Source of the DNA: Candidatus Electronema halotolerans
Lineage (GTDB): Bacteria; Desulfobacterota; Desulfobulbia; Desulfobulbales; Desulfobulbaceae
DNA length: 32,000 bases
Direction: 5' to 3'
NCBI GenBank assembly: GCA_942493095.1
Contig: OW818675.1
Location: 1,410,001-1,442,000, forward strand
Shown: one piece after another, positions 27,407 to 32,000 of the stretch
Layout of the letters: the number at the start of each line of letters is the position of its first letter
Position numbering within the stretch: the stretch's first letter is position 1
Position numbers and translations under genes: made by a program
The notes under the pieces: generated by a model
Told to the model about the DNA's origin: nothing
Database searches by the model: none
What the model saw: only the letters and a program-made list of their open reading frames with translations

Positions 27407-28447
27407 TTATGAATCGCTGTTCCGCCGGGCAACTTGCGCCAGCCTGATCTGCTCTTTTTTCTCAAAGCCATACTCAACTAACTGCTTGATGTCCCGCCAC
27501 ATGGTCTCGCTGCCCATGATCGCCACGACAATGGCATCATTGCCGCGCTTGAACTGGCCCACATAGGTCTGGCGGGCAAGGCTGGTGTAGCCGGTTTTGC
27601 CGCCCACAGCTCCTTCCATCTGCCAGAGGGCCTTGTTATGATTGCGCAGCAGCTTGCCATAGGAAGTCCTGACTTTGGTCTGGCGCATTCGTTCGGCAAA
27701 CTCCCTGTCCTGCATGGCGTGGCGGAATATCTCGGCCAGATCGCGGGCTGTGGAGTGCTGTCCCCGTGCGGTCAGGCCGGAGGCAGTGCGGCAGACCGTG
27801 TTTTCCGCCCCCAGCAGCCGGGCATGAAGGGTCATCAGGCTGGCAAAATCCTCTTCGCTGCCTGCGATTTTTTCCGCCAAGGCCACGCTGGCATCATTGG
27901 CTGAGGCGAGCAGGACAGCATTGATCAGGTCATCCACCTTATACTGCTTCCCGGAATTCAGATAGACCTTGGACCGGGGCATGGTCGCGGCATGAGAGCT
28001 GACTTGCACCTTCTCGTTTTCTTTCAGACGTTTGAGAGCGATCATGCCGGTCAGCACCTTGATGGTCGAGGCAGGCTGCCTAGGCTTGTCCGGTGCTTTG
28101 GCGAAGAGAGGCTCGCCAGTGCGGGCATCGATAATCATCACGCTTTTCGAGGTGATCCGCCTGCTGATGTTATCAGGCACAGCAAGAAAGCGGCTTGCAG
28201 CAGAGACCTTTTCTTTGACTTTGGCAAGGCTCTTTCTGCTGCCAAGGACAGCCACGCCACTTTTTTTCCTGCTTCGCGTGGCCCGCTGCCGGGTGACAGC
28301 TACCGGTTTGCGCTTCCATTGCCGTTTCTGGGCAGCAACCGCTCTTTTGGCACCGCTGTTCAAAACCGGAACAGGAGCCGCCTGAAGCTGGGTGATGAAA
28401 AAGCAGGCCGCCAACAACTGGATGAAGAAAAAAGAGTGCCGATTCAT
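27407..28447 (-). CDS. D-alanyl-D-alanine carboxypeptidase / penicillin-binding protein (peptidase S11)
   Basis: PASTIKVLTGMIAL (SxxK), LLASANDASVALAE (SxN), GGKTGYT (KTG), plus signal peptide. Confidence 0.93.
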   Translation of the reverse strand: MNRHSFFFIQLLAACFFITQLQAAPVPVLNSGAKRAVAAQKRQWKRKPVAVTRQRATRSRKKSGVAVLGSRKSLAKVKEKVSAASRFLAVPDNISRRITSKSVMIIDARTGEPLFAKAPDKPRQPASTIKVLTGMIALKRLKENEKVQVSSHAATMPRSKVYLNSGKQYKVDDLINAVLLASANDASVALAEKIAGSEEDFASLMTLHARLLGAENTVCRTASGLTARGQHSTARDLAEIFRHAMQDREFAERMRQTKVRTSYGKLLRNHNKALWQMEGAVGGKTGYTSLARQTYVGQFKRGNDAIVVAIMGSETMWRDIKQLVEYGFEKKEQIRLAQVARRNSDS

Positions 28448-28552
28448 CTTGCTTGGTATTGTTTTAGACAGGAAAGGGAAAATATGCTCTTCTCTTGTAA
28501 TATCGACTCGGCAGCCTTGCTGTCAAGTTTTTTTGCCTAATAAGAAAAATTA

Positions 28553-30193
28553 TTATTCCTGCTGCGGACGCTGCCGCAGGACCGCAGGCCGGAGGAGCAG
28601 GGTGAAATCTGCCTGATGTTCCGTCAAACTGCCATAGCTGACAGACAGGTCAACGCTCTCCATCAGCTTGAGCAGCGCTGTCCGCAATTTTTCTCTGGAG
28701 CTGCCCAGCGCGGCATTCAGCCAGACATCCGCTTTCTCCGCCTCAGCAGCCAGCAGGGCCGGTCGAGCAAAAAAGGCGGCATAATCAGCCTGAGAAAACT
28801 GGGCTGCCAATTCCTGGCCCAGCAGACTGCGCACAGCCTGCGGCAAATCCGCCTGCCGCTCCTGCTCAAGCAGCATCCTCATGGCAGACTCGCCGTTGGC
28901 AATATACAGCATCTGACTGCTCAGGGCAACTGCTGGATGAGCGGCTTCAGCAGGCAGCAGATTCCAATAATAGACAGCATGGCCTGCCGCCTCTGTGACC
29001 TGCTCCGCAGCAATGCCTTGGGCCGTGATGCGCTGACGCAGCCTGTTGACAAGCTGTTGGGCCGCCTCCGGCTGCGCTGCTTGGGCGAACAAGGCCAGCT
29101 TGGGCAGCGGAAAGAAACCAGTCGTGGCAACGCCATTGACCATCAGCCCGGCCTGCGGTCCAACAGCAGTCATAATCTCTTGCAGCGGCAGGCCAAGCTG
29201 CTGCTGCGCCGCCTGATCCGCTCTTTGGTGCAACGCCGGAGCAAGGCTGGCAAACAGCTGCTGATTCAGTCCGGCGGTCCACAGATAGAACAAAGTCTTG
29301 CCTGTCGGCAGAGACAGGGAAAGATTGCGCGCTGACCGTAGCTGATGCCGCACTGTTACCGGCAGGTTGGCGGCATCATATTCCACTTTGCTGTGGAATT
29401 GAAAATCACCCTGATGCGCTGCGGCAAAACCGCTCAAGCTGCGCAGACCGCGCAGCATTTTCAGATTGCAGGAAAATCTGGCATAGCAGTGATCCGTCCC
29501 GGCTTCCGCCCAGAATTGCTGTGCTGCCCGAAACCACGGCTGTTCTGTCAAGCCGCTGCCGTGCTCTTTCTGTCTGAGAGCCGCCGCAATCAGTTCCGGG
29601 CGGAAAGCGAGAATGATCACCCCGTCTTGGACATGCGCGTAGAGCGGCTCGTCATCATCAAGACGGATGCGGGTCAGCTTCAGGCCGTTCACAGTCTCTT
29701 GGCTGAAATCATCGCGCATGGTCAGCCGGGCAATGCTGTCAACAATCCGGCCTGAAGCAGAGGTGCCAAAACCCAGCAGTCGGCTGCGCAGCTCCTCTTC
29801 CGGGTTCCTGCGCCGAGCGGCAAAATCAGGCTTGAGCAGGGCAAAGGTCAGATCATCGCCGAAAAGATGCTGCAAAAAAGGATTGGTCAGCAGATCGGCA
29901 GCCCCGTCATGGAAATCCTCATATTGCTGCACCGCTTCTTCAGTCTCGCCCTGTTCCCTCATGATGCCGCGCAGGGCAGCTTTGGAAAAAAACCGGCCCA
30001 AGGCTGAGTTGGGAAAAGACTGAGAAAGTCCTTTGAGATCAAAGAAGCTGACAACAGCGAGCGTGTCAGCAGGCAGATAGTCGGCATAGTATGCGCTTTG
30101 GGAGGATGGCGCAGAAAAATGTCGGTCTGTGTAATAAAAAATCGTGCCAGCAGCACTGGTCAGCAGAACAAACAACAGGCCGATCTTTTTCAT
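28553..30193 (-). CDS. DUF3352-like exported protein
   Basis: MKKIGLLFVLLTSAAGTIFYYTD...AYYADYLPADTLAVVSFFDLKGL; N-terminal signal/TM then the 'LPADTLAVV' motif typical of DUF3352 proteins. Confidence 0.65.
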   Translation of the reverse strand: MKKIGLLFVLLTSAAGTIFYYTDRHFSAPSSQSAYYADYLPADTLAVVSFFDLKGLSQSFPNSALGRFFSKAALRGIMREQGETEEAVQQYEDFHDGAADLLTNPFLQHLFGDDLTFALLKPDFAARRRNPEEELRSRLLGFGTSASGRIVDSIARLTMRDDFSQETVNGLKLTRIRLDDDEPLYAHVQDGVIILAFRPELIAAALRQKEHGSGLTEQPWFRAAQQFWAEAGTDHCYARFSCNLKMLRGLRSLSGFAAAHQGDFQFHSKVEYDAANLPVTVRHQLRSARNLSLSLPTGKTLFYLWTAGLNQQLFASLAPALHQRADQAAQQQLGLPLQEIMTAVGPQAGLMVNGVATTGFFPLPKLALFAQAAQPEAAQQLVNRLRQRITAQGIAAEQVTEAAGHAVYYWNLLPAEAAHPAVALSSQMLYIANGESAMRMLLEQERQADLPQAVRSLLGQELAAQFSQADYAAFFARPALLAAEAEKADVWLNAALGSSREKLRTALLKLMESVDLSVSYGSLTEHQADFTLLLRPAVLRQRPQQE

Positions 30194-30384
30194 CTTGCAT
30201 CTCCAAGCGGCAGGGGAACAGCGCGGACGGGAAACAGAGGGATTGTACCTGAACGCGGGGGAAAGTCAACGCTGCGGCGAGGAATGCGGGGAAACACCGG
30301 GCGGCCACAGGGAACCTCGAAAAATTGGCGTGTTGGGCAAGAGCAGTATTTTTCGAGGCACCCGTCAGAGACAAGAAACACCTC

Positions 30385-31647
30385 TTATTCGTCACATTGC
30401 TCGGACTTGATGTAGTAGTCAAAGGTTAAGGTCTTGCTGACCTTTTTCCAGCACTCGCCGCCGCTTTTGCCGCCCTTGCCAACAGGCAATGTTTTCTTGA
30501 AAATCGGATAAACTTTGTCATTCACGCCGTCCTTGGGAATGGCAAAGCCCTCGATTGCCGCAGGCGGAAAGAGCCGATAGATCAGAGCCACCTCCACTTC
30601 TGTGATGGCCGGGTCGGCGAGCGGATAGGTCAGCGAGCGGGTTTCACCAGCTTTGAGCCGGGTGTCAAAGGCAACTGTCTCTGCCGCCCACGTGGGCACA
30701 CCGCTCTGTTCGCCAGCCTTGAAGGCTTTGAAAAACAGGGCCTTTTTATCCTCCAGCGGACTGTCCTTGAAATTCGTCCAGAGCACCTTGCCTGCTTTGT
30801 CCTTGGCAGTCACTTTGACAAAGGCCATCCGCATCGGATTGGTTGAAGGAAAGCTGTGCTCAATGATATTCTTGACCGTGATGGCAACCGCCTGCTGCTT
30901 GCCCTCAGCCTGAATCTTCGCCTCCACGCTGACCGCCTTTTTCAGCATTTCCAGATCATGTCCGCCTGTCATCCGGTGCGACAAATGGGTGTCCCGTGAG
31001 GCAAAGAGCAGCACTGCGCCGCCCGGCACCGCCGGCATGTGGCAGGTGATGCAGTTGCTCTGTCCTTCCTCGCTCATGGCGCAGACCGCTACATTTTTTC
31101 CGTTGAACAAATGACTGTGGCAGCCCATGCAGACTTGGCCGTCACCAAAAAGCGACGACTGGGCTGTCTTGTGCAGAGCTTCTGGATTGGCCGGGCGGCT
31201 GGTGTGAAAGGCACCGTCCTGGTTGAGCCGATAGCGGCTGAACGGTTTCTGCTCAACAACCGCTTCAATCCGATGGCAGAAGGTGCAGCCAACGCCTTCG
31301 GCCTGGGTCCAGTTGCTGCTGTCCGGCTCGGCCTGACCTGCCATCAGCTCGGCCAAGTTGTCAGACATGGGCGCATGACAGCTGCCGCAGTGGTAATTGC
31401 CCTGTTTTCCCTGCGCCTTCATGGCCTTGACAAAAGCCTGATGCACGGCCTTGTGGGCTGAATCCTTATGCACTGAGGAAAGGGCATGGAAGGATTCCTG
31501 CCATTCCTGATAGATCGTGGCATGGCAGCCAGCGCACTGATTGGACTGTTCCAGCGGCACGGCTTTTTCCGGCAGCTCATGGGCCTGCGCTTGGGGCAGC
31601 CAGCAGCAGGACAACAGGACTGCTGAAAAGATCAAACGGCATTTCAT
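30385..31647 (-). CDS. Exported multiheme (five CxxCH) cytochrome c
   Basis: Signal peptide plus CAGCH, CGSCH, CTFCH, CMGCH, CITCH. Confidence 0.9.
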   Translation of the reverse strand: MKCRLIFSAVLLSCCWLPQAQAHELPEKAVPLEQSNQCAGCHATIYQEWQESFHALSSVHKDSAHKAVHQAFVKAMKAQGKQGNYHCGSCHAPMSDNLAELMAGQAEPDSSNWTQAEGVGCTFCHRIEAVVEQKPFSRYRLNQDGAFHTSRPANPEALHKTAQSSLFGDGQVCMGCHSHLFNGKNVAVCAMSEEGQSNCITCHMPAVPGGAVLLFASRDTHLSHRMTGGHDLEMLKKAVSVEAKIQAEGKQQAVAITVKNIIEHSFPSTNPMRMAFVKVTAKDKAGKVLWTNFKDSPLEDKKALFFKAFKAGEQSGVPTWAAETVAFDTRLKAGETRSLTYPLADPAITEVEVALIYRLFPPAAIEGFAIPKDGVNDKVYPIFKKTLPVGKGGKSGGECWKKVSKTLTFDYYIKSEQCDE

Positions 31648-31718
31648 GCTGCATTCTCCTGTAACAAGTAAACACGTGGATTCAAGCTGAATCCAATTCG
31701 CAAATTATCCAGCCCGCA

Positions 31719-32000
31719 TCACTGGCCGGAGAGCTGTCGCTGCAGGCTGTGATAACGGTCCTTGGTGTAGTCGAGCATTTCCTTGGCACGTTGCAGCTTC
31801 TGACGCTCTCCCGGCACCACCAAGGTGTTAAGCGGTCCAATCTCTAAATCTCTGGCTTGCAGAATACGGTCGCGAAGGAAGCCAGCTTCATCGCCATCTT
31901 TCCAGCAGAGGAAGGACAGGTAGTCGCGCATGCGCTGACGCACCGCCTTCTTCGTTTCTGGGAAGCTGAACAGTTTATCAAATAGCGGGCGTGGCGCTTC
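31719..32000 (-). CDS. C-terminal part of a protein running off the window; function not recognised
   Basis: The frame stays open to position 32000 on the minus strand (EAPRPLFDKLFSFPETKKAVRQRMRDYLSFLCWKDGDEAGFLRDRILQARDLEIGPLNTLVVPGERQ...). Confidence 0.6.
   Translation of the reverse strand, partial: EAPRPLFDKLFSFPETKKAVRQRMRDYLSFLCWKDGDEAGFLRDRILQARDLEIGPLNTLVVPGERQKLQRAKEMLDYTKDRYHSLQRQLSGQ

Noticed and set aside
28616-29335. 239-aa + strand ORF opposite the DUF3352-like gene
   Set aside because: The minus-strand protein has a signal peptide and coherent sequence; this is its shadow.
1-32000. CRISPR array or tandem-repeat array
   Set aside because: No regularly spaced direct repeats seen. 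The only large repeated sequences are homologous NRPS domains.

Overview
The window carries the two visible genes of an NRPS locus (minus strand, left 8.9 kb), then housekeeping genes interleaved with small accessory cassettes (9.3-24.5 kb), then mostly ordinary core genes (24.6-32 kb). Composition and content fit a deltaproteobacterial or Desulfobulbales-like genome, but this is inference only. Main points: (1) a dimodular NRPS read as C-A-T-sulfotransferase-C-A-T. Both A domains give the hand-extracted code DFWNIGMVH, which is Thr-like. A downstream NRPS overlaps it and begins with a TubC-type docking domain. (2) A ParA-like ATPase followed 3 nt later by a HEPN-type protein with an Rx4H motif. 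(3) An AAA ATPase with an adjoining DUF3226/TOPRIM-like protein, similar in layout to PARIS/OLD systems. (4) A translationally coupled C_GCAxxG_C_C / dual-OB-like / DUF488 cluster with a second DUF488 gene. (5) A pentapeptide-repeat/two-TM pore protein coupled to a Pol-beta-type nucleotidyltransferase. The channel gene is interrupted exactly at a TA by an IS630-type element and is restored in frame if the IS plus one TA is removed. (6) A small secreted protein that is about 40% Met+Gln. Core genes include metG, rsfS, gpmI, a DUF39 homocysteine-biosynthesis gene, larE, HU, tRNA-Pro(CGG), a D-Ala-D-Ala carboxypeptidase, a DUF3352 protein and a pentaheme cytochrome c.
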